Shown here piece after piece: positions 11,710-56,051 of a DNA stretch of 64,000 bases (positions within the stretch are counted from its first letter, which is position 1; the number at the start of each line of letters is the position of its first letter). This stretch comes from Strigamia acuminata. Its lineage: Eukaryota. Location of the stretch: positions 11,966,001 to 12,030,000 of the forward strand of contig OX442314.1 in the NCBI GenBank assembly GCA_949358305.1, in the 5' to 3' direction. The notes below the pieces were generated by a model. That model searched no databases. It was not told the DNA's origin and saw nothing but the letters and a program-made list of their open reading frames with translations. Position numbers and translations under genes: made by a program.

Positions 11710-13506
11710 TCATTTGTTGGGACTATTCAGCCGTTTTAGTCGACTCTTTAGCATTTTTTGTCGACTATTCAGCCGTTTTTGTCGACTATTCATCATGTCT
11801 GGGAAAAGAAAACTCACTCAAAACACAATAACAGTGCAAAACCGTTGCAAAACTTACATTTTCTCGACACTATTTTCGACCCTAATGGTAAATCTAAAAA
11901 AAGTTTTAAATATACAAATTATTCGGACGAAGAATATATTCATTTAGCCATTCGGACGATACTCACTGGTGTCAATTTTATCCAATCGGATTGGTGGATA
12001 CCAAACCAAGAGTTTAGTTGGACAATCTGCTGCTGGATCATGACGGTAATGTGGACAACTTTTCAAGCTGAGTGCTTTATCAAAACACAATAAAATTTTG
12101 AAGATGTAGAAAGTGTCGTTTGTCTGTTGAAAAATCGTAAAATATAATCAAATATTTTTCCAGTTCTTTCACTCACCTTCCAGTACTTGCACTCTAGTAG
12201 CGGTTTCACATTCAGGGCGTTCTGAATGGCAGTTTCGATGTCACTTGCCTGTCGTTTAAACGTATAAAAATTGTAATAAATAATAAAAAATTTAGAAATG
12301 TATATTTACAAACACTGGGGCTTCATAACTGGGTTCAATTCCAGAAGTTTTGAGAATACTGCTTTTTTAAAAGAGAGAAAAAAAAATTCTTTAAAAATTA
12401 ATGTCAAAAAAAAAAAATATTTTTCTGACACACAAACGCATGTTAAATCGTTTTAACCACGTGATACCCTGCATGAAATATAGGTATGGTGTGTTTAGCG
12501 CAGGAATAGTTGAAGCACAAGTGCCATATTTGTCCCACTCGTAAGCCCTGTAAAATAATTTGATTTTACATTTGTTTTATTTCCATTATGGATAAACAAA
12601 TACCATAAATAAAGATCCTGTGTTTCGAAAGGAACGTTTGGCCAGTATCTAGTCAATTGTCCTTTAATTGTCTTAATAAAAAATGAAAAAATACTCCATT
12701 AATATTAATATAAATAAATTTATTCATTGCAACCAACTTGAATCCGAGTGCTATCAAATCGATTAGAATCATTGCAGTAGAAAGGACCGACACCGGTGAG
12801 TTGCGAAGGCCTTAATATTTTTTAAGAAAAATTATTTATTTATTTATTGAGTAATCATCAGTGGTGTAGCAATCGAGAGTGCAGCACGTGTGGTTGACAG
12901 GGGAGTTTGTATGTGAGTATAACTTCGGCACAAGTAATTGATTATATAAAAGTTAAAAACAAGTATGTAATACTTCTGTGCAATTGGTCGATTTTTAAAA
13001 ACTTTTGTGAGAGTTTTTTGGGACACTAGGACGTTTGGTCACACTATGCACTTGGGCCTATTGACTTCTTGCTACGCCACTGGTAATCAGAGCTCGAAAT
13101 GGAAAATTTCACAAGTAAAAAAATTATCACGGTACATTTCGAGCCCTGTTAGTAATTACCATATTCCATTAACTATCCAACTGTTTATGATACGATTAGT
13201 ATTGCACTTGTGATGTGAACCGGCAATCTAATCAAAGAGAAGGGCAATCAAAACAACGTGCAAGAATTTCACATTAGCAATACTTTACCTGCCAGCTGAA
13301 ACAAGCTATTGGTGGCCATAGTTGAGAAAACACTAAATAATCCCATGATTTAGAAATGTTGAATTCATGCCTTGGAAAACAAATGACAATAAAAATAAAA
13401 ACGTTAGAAAAATTACTTGAAGTTTTAATTACTCAGTTGCAATGCTAACTGCTTCTTCAGCAAGAAAAAAGAAGACAATCACCATGAATAAAATGTATTT
13501 GGCCAT
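11710..13506 (-). CDS. Secreted RNase T2-family protein, copy 4 (most divergent). CAS I WIVNGIW, CAS II LWAYEWDKYGTC. Ends at 11944 if unspliced, or at 11710 with two extra exons.
   Basis: MAKYILFMVIVFFFLAEEAVS, WDYLVFSQLWPPIAC, YWPNV and LLCFDKALSLKSC; same intron positions as copies 1-3. Confidence 0.88.
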
Positions 13507-13834
13507 AGTCGTAAATAATGCTAGATTGTCACAATCAGCGGATTTGAAGCTGATTGTGACATTTTAGCAATTCATTTTGAATTGATAAAAGAAGTAAATA
13601 AAGCCTCCCCGGGAAGGGGAGGTCTATTTACTTCTGTCGTGTGCCCCATAACAAAAGACATGTGACCGGGGCAAGGGCAAAGTATAATTATACTTATACA
13701 AAACATTCGACTTTAATTTAAACTGAAAAAATATTATTAATATTAATTTTGTAATTTTTAAATTAGATTTGATTAATTTTTGGGCACGATCGGTTAATTT
13801 AAAATTTTGAATTTTTTCAAATTCGTTAAGATAG

Positions 13835-13945
13835 CAGTTCCGCAGTTGTTCTCCTGCATGGCGGTGCGCATTCAAACGTTTCCAAATATCAACAACCCGC
13901 AAACGGCAATTGTTTGACTATTTTCCGTCCAAATCCGAAGAAATT
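13835..13945. promoter_or_regulatory. Putative bidirectional promoter block between T2 copy 4 and HYLS1, with homologous copies at 8008-8172 and 11524-11633
   Basis: Shared CAGTTCCGCA...TCCTGCA(A)TGGCGG...AAACGG(T/C)AATT...CCAAATCCGAAGAAA at three sites, each upstream of a T2 gene. Confidence 0.5.
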
Positions 13946-14055
13946 CTAACTGAGCAGAGTTAGTCGAAGAAATGGCAATTTGCTATCCGATCGATTTATA
14001 CCAGTAAAACAATTAGGAGGACCAAAGAAATTGAAATTGACAATTTGGAGTAAGA

Positions 14056-15566
14056 ATGTCGGACGAAGAGGACGAAGTCAAGGTGGAAAGTGGAGCTAGT
14101 GGACATTTTTCGATGGAAGAAAGAGAACGAACTGAGTCCGCAGCTGAAGGAGACTTTGAAGGCCCGTTTACGGACGATGAAATTCGTGTGCAACTGGAAG
14201 GTTTGGGTTACACTAACATTCCAGATTACCAACTTAGACTATTCAAAGCAGGCAAATTACACACAACATGAGAAATAAATGCAAACAAATGATTAATTTT
14301 CATTTCCTTTTCGGAAAAAATAATTCCACAGATTTGGAGAAATTGATTTGGTTCGAACAGGATAAAAAGCGAAAGCCAAAAGGTAATTAAAATTAACTTT
14401 AGATTTAAAAAATTAGTAATTTTAATTTTAATTTGCTTTTAAACAGCCTCTGCCAACAAATCCGATGAAGTACGATGACGATTGGGCTGTGGGAGTGAAA
14501 TAATTTACCATTTTAAACGTTTTTTCTTGTAAATTATCGTAGGGAGGAAGGAAAAAGTCAACAAAAAAATCTTCTAAAGAGCCATTTTCATCATACAAAG
14601 CCGCGCCTCGAAAAAATTTGGGAACTCAGAGTGCCAGAGAAGATAAACACCGCCAGCAGGAGATCGATGATTGGCCGAGAGGCCGGACTCCTAGTCCACA
14701 CTCTACAGATTCTACCCGTTCAAGGAGTCCAAGATGGCATCGACGTAAAGTTGTTCGGTTTGTACAAAACAAAAAAAATCAATTTTATTTTTATTTTATT
14801 CAATTATTTAATTGTTTAGACACTTTCGAGGCGAGCCTATCATTTGTGAAGAAGCTACCGACACCGACACGGGTAAATGAGTGGAAATTGGCTTTAAATT
14901 TGGGTTGAAATTGTGTTTTTAGACATGACTCTCTTGAGCGATCGTGTGTCGTCTTTGCCACTGGATGATAGTGAGAGTGAACCTGCGTCTTCGCGCCGTC
15001 GAGAACTCACTTGGAGTAGAGATTGTCCTATCGTTAGTGCAGTTGTGTGTAAAAAACAAGCATCGCAAAGAGTAAGAATAAGAAAATAAGGAATTTAAAT
15101 TAGTTTTGTGGTTCGGGAATTTAATGGAATTTGTGTAGTCAAATGTAAGTTCAACGACAGCAAGGAAAAGAGCTCAAGCGAGTTTATATTACGACGAATT
15201 CATAAGATACCTGCCAAAATCATGTGAGAAAATATGAAAGTTGGTTGAAATTAGTAATAAATACATTTAAAACGTAGTTATGGATGACCCGCCGCACCGC
15301 CCACTGAAAAAGACAAGTCCCCACCAACGGTACGACATGTACAGACGAATGTGGAACAATTGTCGAATTCCTGGAGAGGCGTCTGATCAAGAATTACGTT
15401 GGTGTATTCGTGCACTGCTGTTGACTCGGAAGGTTCCGGAAGTGGAGGTTTATGTAAGAAGGTTTTGCTTAGTCTTATCGAGTTGGTTTTTTTTAAATTA
15501 ATTAATTTGTTTTAGGCATTGAAGCGAAAGGATGCAATTGAAAAGGCCAGAAACAGGCAGCGATGA
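14056..15566 (+). CDS. HYLS1: Hydrolethalus syndrome protein 1 homolog (centriole/cilia protein), multi-exon
   Basis: N-terminal FTDDEIRVQLEGLGYTNIPDYQLRLFKADLEKLI and C-terminal HYLS1 box KTSPHQRYDMYRRMWNNCRIPGEASDQELRWCIRALLL; stop TGA at 15564-15566. Confidence 0.8.
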
Positions 15567-15795
15567 ATTTTGTCTTGAAATTTGTTTGTGTGATTTGAAA
15601 TTTACAAGAAAAAAAAATACTATATGCCCTGTGTCATTTTTGCTTACTTTTGGTGAAAAAAAAGAAAGAAATAGAAAAATTTGTCTTGAAGTGAATTAAA
15701 TGTTTTATCACTTGTTTTATTTTATTTTTTTTTATTTTTTAATTTTTTTTTTGAATAAATGAACTACATTATCTAAAAAAAAAATATTCCGGTTT

Positions 15796-17653
15796 TTAAA
15801 TGTTAGGAGGTCTCGGCCGATGGTTGTAATCGAAAGGTTTCTGGAGTTCGCAAGTATCTAATCGATTTAAATGGAATAGAATTCGTTCTTCGATTTTCTC
15901 TACCGCTGCGAGTGTTAGAATCAACGTTTCGTGCTTCAATATGCTCCAAACGTTTAGCCCTAAACATAATTTAAGTGTTATATGGTGAAAAACGAAGATG
16001 AGTCAATAATTTTGTACCGTAAACGGGCATTAGGTTGAAATGCGGGAATTTGTCGGTCGCGAGGGATATATTACGAGGCATAAAATCGGTGCTGAAAAAT
16101 ATCGAAAATATTTAATAAAATTCAATAGAATTTACTAAAATCCAATAGAAATTCAATGAAATTCAATGAAATTCAATGAAATTCAATGAAATTCAATGAA
16201 ATTCAATGAAATTCAATGAAATTCAATGAAATTCAGTAAAATTCAATGAAATTCAGTAAAATTCAATAAAATTCAATGAAATTCAGTAAAATTCAATAAA
16301 ATATAGTGAAATTCAATAAAATTTTGTGAAATTCTATAAAATTTTGTGAAATTCAATAAAATTTTGTGAAATTCAATAAAATTTTGTGAAATTCAATAAA
16401 ATTCAGTAAAATTCAATATAATTCACTATAAATTCCAATAAAAATTCAATATAATCCACTAAATTCCAATAAAAAATCAATATAATTCACTAAATTCCAT
16501 TAAAATTCAATATAATTCACTAAAATTCAATATAATTCACTAAAATTCAATATAATTCACTAAAATTCAATATAATTCACTAAAATTCATAAAAATTCAG
16601 CATAATTCAATAAAATATTTCCTACTCGTCAATAAGCAACACTGAAGTGTTCCAACATCTCTCTGCAGCAAGGTTTTCTAAATACTATATTAAAAATCAA
16701 ATCAAAATCAAAATTAATTATATTTTTTCTTCCATTTTCCCATCATTTCCTTTACATTTTGCTCATCCGTTGGAATCTCTAACGAATTTACAACATGCAG
16801 ATCATCCTGCGCCATCTTACAAGACAGCGCAGAAATCAATCCCTGCAGTCGCGTGTAAAACGGCAACATGTAAAAATAAGGTTTCGGCCCACGCGGTCCA
16901 TGAGCGAGACCACCTCCGATCCACAAAGGCGATCGAATACTTCCGTGACGAGCTCTCCCGGTTCCTTTTTGCGGCCAAGGTTTGCGCCCACCACCCGGCA
17001 TCTCCGCTCTCGTCTGCATTCTTCGCCAATCCTTCAAATAAGCATCAAAGAATTTAATTTCAGCCCAACAAAAACATTATTTTCTTGTCTTTTTACCACA
17101 TGCCGGTACAGATGTTGCCAATTCATGTTTAGATAAAGTAAATCGATTCTAAAATGTAAAAAAACAAATATAATTTTTTTTTTTAAAATGTTTACAAATA
17201 TAAACAATACCTGGGGAAAGCACCCCATATTGTTGGATGCATGTCAACCATTCCTAGTTTTTTCTCTTCAATTGTGTCTAAATTAACGAGCCATGCATAT
17301 CGTCGCGGATTGAATTTGGGCGGCCGTTCCAACACGCGCGATGTGATATGTGACGCAGACGGCAAATCTTCTGCAATTACAATTTAGAAATCGTTTAAAT
17401 CAATAATAAAAAGGTAATTGTGGTCATTTCTTGTGTATTTACTGGATATTTCGGTTTCTGGTCGAGTTAATTCACTCGAAGTCAAGCCCGGTGTTGACGA
17501 AAAAATCTATTTTGATCAAATAATTATACAATTATTAAAAATTATTTTTTTAAAACAGCAATTTCAATGTGTTCTTACTCGTTTTGTTGTAATACTTTTG
17601 AAGCAAGCACCATCTGATTTATAAAATGCACATAATCGTTTTAAATTGTTCAT
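15796..17653 (-). CDS. MRPL4: Mitochondrial ribosomal protein L4 (uL4m), multi-exon
   Basis: [43 protein letters not shown]-terminal exons [29 protein letters not shown]. Confidence 0.93.
16120..16612. repeat. Intronic minisatellite: 10-bp ATTCAATGAA unit grading into a 20-bp TAAAATTCAATATAATTCAC unit
   Basis: Direct tandem repeats inside an MRPL4 intron. Confidence 0.95.
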
Positions 17654-18049
17654 TTTGATGACCAATGTGAGTACTCGAACAAACCGCCAGGTTCCGCTCT
17701 AACAAAGCCCACACAATTAACATCAAATAAAGAAAAGAAAAGGATTGTAAATAAATAAAAAAAATTGTTTAAATTAATTTTAAAATAAAAACCAAAATAT
17801 AGAGACAATTTAGTTTCCTATTTATTTAATTCAATTTTAAGTAAATAAAGGTGGCTATGCTTAAAATCACATGACTCGCTCAGCCCGACTCAGCTGTTAC
17901 ATATAGAAACTCATTTCTTTTGTGTTAGAAGAGCACAATCATTTCCTTTTTTTTCAACCCCGAAATCCGTGAGTAAAAATTAAACAACCTCCTAACCCGC
18001 TTAATTACATTCTTTATTTTAAACATTTGTAGGAATTGAGGTTCGCACC

Positions 18050-18241
18050 ATGTCTACCTCGAAAATAATTCACAAAGTTGTCATCATCCTCCTCATACTC
18101 AGCTGCTTAACTCCGGTGGTTTCTGCAAGCGGCATGGAAGCCGGTGACGTATTGGCCCTGATATTGGGCCTGTTCATCAGTGCCATGGGATTCTTCGCGT
18201 GTTTAGGCTGCTATGCCAGGAAACGGTCCGGAATGCAGTAA
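18050..18241 (+). CDS. SMIM30: Small integral membrane protein 30 (63 aa)
   Basis: Signal peptide followed by MEAGDVLALILGLFISAMGFFACLGCYARKRSG, matching the SMIM30 motif EAGDAIALLLG...CACLGVYARKR. A 5'UTR intron lies at ~17969-18032. Confidence 0.88.
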   Translation: MSTSKIIHKVVIILLILSCLTPVVSASGMEAGDVLALILGLFISAMGFFACLGCYARKRSGMQ

Positions 18242-18647
18242 ATCGAAATAATTGATATGCACGTCGTAAATTTCACCGACAAAAAACAACAAAATAACTC
18301 AATTTCGTGTTATTCCTTTCTGCATTTTAAATAGAAGAAGTTTAAAATGCCTTTTTCATTATATTTTTGTGAATTAAAACGTTGATAATGAGGCCAATTA
18401 ATTATTGTAACGTTTATTATATTTAAACATTTATTAAACGTCGAATTAATTTATAAAACATTTATGTAAAAGAGATCACGTTGGGAAAAACTTTTTTTTT
18501 TGCTAATTGTGCACGGGTGCGCAATTAGATTTATAAATTTAAACAAATTAAATTATACATCTTTTTCATATTTATAAATTTACACAACAACAAATTAATT
18601 TATACATTTTTTTCATAAATATGAATTTATACAACAAAAAGCTTGGA

Positions 18648-20234
18648 TCACGTGGTATGCATTTTACTGACGTCCTCGTATTTGATATGGGGAAGTTCTC
18701 GGCCATTAACGGGTCCCTGCAATTAAATTTAAATGATAAAATAATCAAATTTTAGAAATTTTGCAATTTTTAGCTTACGGAATCGATTTTAACCGCGCAG
18801 GAGAATTTTTCCGGGTGAATTTGGAGCAAAGTGGCGGTGAAACCTCGATAAGCGCCGTTGATGATTTTAACTTGTCTGCCCAGTGCGGGGATGACGGTTT
18901 CTAGGTGAATTTGGTCTAGTTTTAGTACGTCGCCGCTGTCTAGCATTTTAACTATGGCTTCGAAAGCACCGCGGACTTCTTGCACGACGCCTTTCTTTTT
19001 GAAGTATTTCTCGCCCAGTGTTTGCGTGATGATTTTCACGACGATTCCCTAAAGAAAAGAAAAGAAAAGACGATTGTAATGAGAATTTTGATAAGGGATG
19101 GGAAAATAATAACCTCGTGTAACCAATTTTGTTTTCGGTTGCGTTTTTCCTTCATTTCTTCCTGTTCTTCCATTATTTCATCCAGTGCGTTTCTCTTCCG
19201 TTTTTCACCGCGATCTTCTTTTTTCGCTTTTTTCTCTCTCGTTTCGGGAACGAGGAAAACGTCGTTTGAAAGTCTGTTATAAAAAAAAATAGAAAAAAAA
19301 ATAGAAAAATCAATCAAATTGAACAAAATTTAAACAATTTACATCGGCTTATCGGATTCTTTAAACTTTGGTGGCAAATTCAGCACAACTGCAAAACAAA
19401 AACGAAAAATTAATATAAAAATAAATTAGGATTTATTTAATATAATTCACTTTTTTCCTCTTCACTTTTTTGTAATTCCGTAAATTTCGGTTCGTTATCG
19501 TCTTCGTTCTTCCCTTTCCCCTTTTCTACCTAAAAACAAACAATTTATTACATCACTGCAAAAAAATCTCAACTTTTTCTCACTTGTTTATTGATAAAAT
19601 CTATCAATCTTTCCTCATCATCTTTATCTAATCTCTTCCTCTTTTCTTTATCTTCCTGTCTTTTAATCGTGTCGGGGTCTCTGTCTATGTACGTAATAAA
19701 CCAACCCTTTTCCGTTTGGTCCACCTTACATTTTCCTGTCTTGCCTAACCATTGAACAAATCCTGTGAGTGTCAACCAACGAGTGGCATTCATATGCAAA
19801 TGATTGCGATCCGCGATGTACTCTTGATACACCTGATTCGCGTGGACTCTTTTAGTGCCAAATCGGTGCTTTAAAAGCTGCAAAAAATCATCCGCAAATT
19901 CCCTAATAAAACAAAAAAAGATTTATAATTTTAATTTTAATTTTTTTAATTGTTTTTTTTAATACTTGGAAAAACTGTCTAAATATTTTCTCGGATTTTC
20001 TGCAAAAAGCAGTAGTTGTCTTTGATGTGATTCCGAAGTTGTGTGGCACTTAAAACCGTTCTAAAAAATGAAAAATTAATTGATAGTTTTGTGTGTGGCA
20101 TTTTCGGTTTGTTTACTTGCCTCATCTCTGCACTGTTTTTGGCACATTTGACAATACCATCGCAACTTTTGAAGTCCTTTCGCTTTCATGCGATTGGCAA
20201 TCGCCTTTGGTGTACCCCATTCGTGTTTCGGCAT
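18648..20234 (-). CDS. KIN: DNA/RNA-binding protein KIN17, multi-exon
   Basis: MPKHEWGTPKAIANRMKAKGLQKLRWYCQMCQKQCRDE|NGFKCH, then HMNATRWLTLTGFVQWLG and the KOW region LETVIPALGRQVKIINGAYRG. Confidence 0.96.
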
Positions 20235-20631
20235 ATTTCGGATGCAGGGGAATTGGAAATGATTTGTTTAGTAAAAGTAGGCTTCGGCATGTAGGTTTTG
20301 AAAAATAAACAAGACGTAAAGACGACGTAAACATGCGTCAACGTGTGCTGCCATCTAGTTTCGTTTTCGTCGTTAAAATTGCTTGTTCAACCCTGTTCAA
20401 CCGCATCATCTTTCTCTTGAACATTTTAAAAATTAAACCAAAATTAAATATAAAATTAATTTTAAACTAATATTAATCGTGATATATTATTAACACAATT
20501 TGTTTTTAATTTGTTTATCATTTTGACTGCGGGACTGAAGCTTATTTAGTTGTCAGCATGGTGGCGGCGTGTGTCTAGCGGTTTGTTTTTATTTGTTATT
20601 ATAAACCTCAGCCAAAGACCAGAAAACGACA

Positions 20632-52807
<32,176 letters not shown>

Positions 52808-53043
52808 GTAAGTGCTAATTTTTTTTCTCTATATTTTAAAAGAAATGAATTTTAATTAGTTCGTACTCGAATGACTAAATTTTTGAAATTCGAGTTTTAT
52901 AATAAGGGTGACAACCGGATTGAAGCGAAATGCGAGTTTTATTGGTTTTAACACAATTTGAAGAGCAAATTAAGAAGTTAATCATTTTAAAGAACTTAAT
53001 TCAAGTGGATTATCTACGGATAATTAAGATTTACTACATAATT

Positions 53044-53677
53044 TTAGACTTCTAAACTCTATGTTTAGAAAGTCTCATGAAACGGTCATGTCTGTCTGTC
53101 TGTCCGTCCGTCTGTCGTCAACGATTCCGCAAAAACTACCACAGCTAGAGCCAAACGTACAACGGCATTAAATTCAGCATACCTATATTAGTATCGTAAG
53201 GTATTTTCAGATTTCTCCGACCTCCGGTTGAATTAATAAACCGGTTTTAGTGCACTTTTAGCCGTCTATTCCATGAAAATTACGGAAATGACGTCATGAT
53301 GACGTCATTTCCGTAATTTTTATGGAATATACGGCTTAGACTTGGGACAGACGAACTTTCTGCGTGACCTCTACATCGCGCATTTGCGACGAGTTAAATC
53401 CCGGGAAACGAAAAATTATAAAAAGTAAAAAATGAAAAGAAAAAAAAAATTAAACACATGGTCATTTTCAGAGAAAATCTCTGGAAATTTCTATGTTATT
53501 TCTGAGGAAATTACAGATATTTCCCCAGAAATTCACTGGAGACATCTATAATTTCCATATAAATTCTTTAGAAAAAAAACTTGAAATTAAAAGATATTTC
53601 CAGAGAATTTCAATCGGGGACAGGGTTTAGAAGTCTAATATGTAATGCTTCCCTGCATTACAGATGTTTACTTGTTT
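53044..53677 (+). mobile_element. DINE-1/HINE-like non-autonomous Helentron element
   Basis: 5' subTIR TTAGACTTCTAAAC with a nearby inverted copy, (GTCT/GTCC)n microsatellite, 3' subTIR GTTTAGAAGTCTAA, terminal hairpin TGTAATGC..GCATTACA, T-rich flanks. Confidence 0.75.
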
Positions 53678-54568
53678 ATATTAATTAGGGACACACCAAA
53701 TACGGACTTCGGTCATTTTAATATTCAGTATTCGGTATTTGATGATTTTGATATTCGGTGTTTGGTGATTTTGGTATTCGATGCATCTCTAATATTAGTT
53801 AAAGCTTTTTTAGATTTATTTATTTATTTATTTATTTATTATTTCTATATTTTTGTATTTGTGCTTGAAATGGCGCGTAAAAGCTGGGTTCGAGTGCCCT
53901 GATCCATCTGGTATTGCCCACCAACATGATTGTGTAAAACTTGCTCGCCCAGCTGTAAAATCTATCGAGGTTTGGTTGTTTGGGGCATATAGATCGGCTC
54001 GAAATGCGTGATTGCTATCTGCTGCCTGCTGGCTGTTTTGAGCTGGGTTAAAATGAAATCTCGTTTGAATGCATCAATATGCAGTTTTTTCTTCCCCATC
54101 AGACCTAGAAACAACTTTTTAGCTTCAAACATTTTTACAACTTTTTTGAAAATCGAAAAAGGTTGCAGCGTTTGCCACAATGACGTCATGGCAAATCGCA
54201 AATTTTGTAATTGTGTTCTGTGTACTCTGGGGTTCTGGCGGCCTGCAAGTTTTATTTATTTTCTTTTTTATTTCTTTCCTGTGTTTGTTTTCGAATGCTG
54301 TGCAAGTTCCAAAAAGTAGTAAAAAGAGTTTTGTGTTTATGGCCACAAACCCAACCGTTTTTTCTCCGCTCGAAATCGGTAAATCTAATGTCGCTAAACT
54401 GTATCATGAACCGTTCAGTAGTTATTGGCAAATTAATTAGGAAATTCCCCAAAGGCAGGGATAAAACGTAAGCTGGTTATTCAATTTATGTTAGTCGATC
54501 GCAATCTTTTGAATTCATTCTCACTCTGTGCATTCAAAGTTTCTGTTTACAGTGAACTGCTTCTAGTT

Positions 54569-54884
54569 CTAAACTCTATTCCAAAAAGTATTACAAATAC
54601 TCCCATTGGTTGGGAGATTGACATTTTGTCTCTAGTTCAGTTGTGTCTTGAATATGATGCTGTTTTCAGATTCCAGTAGACTTGTGCGAAGATTTTTAAA
54701 GTGTCTTGTTTTGGGTTAAAATTTTGGTTTGGGAATTTTAATTCTAACATTTCTAGTGTAGTTTTACCTGCTGATTTCATTTCTGATGTTATTTTAATGA
54801 TTTGATTTAATGATTTGATAACCTGGTGTTATGAATCTCCCAACCAATGGGAGTATTTGTAATACTTTTTGGAATAGACTTTAG
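54569..54884. mobile_element. MITE with ~50-bp TIRs
   Basis: CTAAACTCTATTCCAAAAAGTATTACAAATACTCCCATTGGTTGGGAGATT and its reverse complement. Confidence 0.75.
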
Positions 54885-56051
54885 ACAGGGCACGGAGTAA
54901 TTTATATATATTGGGTGGCCCAAATAGTAATTAGGAACCCTCCGCGTATTGTTGGGCCGGTTTTATTTGGGCCACCCTGTATGTATGTATGTATACCCAT
55001 TACTTCATGAGACAGGGCATTTGTCAGGGAATAGAGGTAATGCAGTAAAGGTTTTTTCAATGACTTTTGTGTTTAATCAACAGATTGAACAAATTATTAA
55101 GTATATTACCATATATCTCCTGGTTGTAAACCAAGTACATTTAAAAAACTAAGTTTTTGGAAAAAGGCTTTTATAATGGTGCTTCAAATCGCCGCCAGAG
55201 TGCGCTAATACCACAGATTGTTTCGTGAGTGCCAAAAAACGTTTTAACAAAGAACTTTTTCTTAACAATATTAAAAAACAAAAATATGGGCATCAGACAG
55301 GAATTTTTAAATTCTTTTTTAGTACCGAAAACATTAAAATTCGTATCGGGCGAACATTTTGGCATCCATTAAAGGACACGGGTTCCGCCAGGTGGCGCTC
55401 TGGTTTGATTACATGTCGCAATAAATCAGCATTTTCTCCCTTTTATAACTGCTTTTAATATCAATTTTATCGTATTAATTGGAAAGTAAGCCAAAAACTG
55501 CACCAGAAAAGTCTAGTTTCCAATCTTATAATTACTTTTTTAATTTTTTTTTTTTTTACAAATTACAAAAACCGGAAGTTCAAACACACAAACATTCCAG
55601 TCAACTTAAATAAAAGTCTTTTAAAAGTCATGTTTTGGTCACGTATGTTTCGGAAATTATGGGCCAGTGCTTGGTCTAGCAGAAGTTTTTAGCATTACCA
55701 GATATTAGAAGGGTTTGGGTTCCAGTTTTGTCTAGTTCTCGGTATGCCCTGTCGCTGTGTAGCAGCATGATTTTGTATGGAAAATTAGTGTAAAACAAAA
55801 TAAATGTGATTAGTTATGCAAAAGGACATGTAAACCGAGCAGTAGATGCTGAAAAAAGACATGCGTCTTATCGTCTAAAAAAAACTTTTTTTTCAAAAGT
55901 TGACCGATAAATTTGGGGGTGCGTCTTGTGGTCCAATGGGTTTTATGGTCCGTAAAATACAGTAGTCTTAATAATAAATTACTAGGCAAAATATGCAACA
56001 AAATAATTCATTTAATTATTAATTTTTATTATTTAAATTATTTAAATTAAA

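Noticed and set aside
16647..17136. Plus-strand ORFs of 113-136 aa
   Set aside because: Antisense shadows of MRPL4 exons.
54670..54700. TTTTCAG acceptor as the final RPB7 exon
   Set aside because: It lies inside a MITE and would change the conserved Gly to Asp with an unrelated tail.
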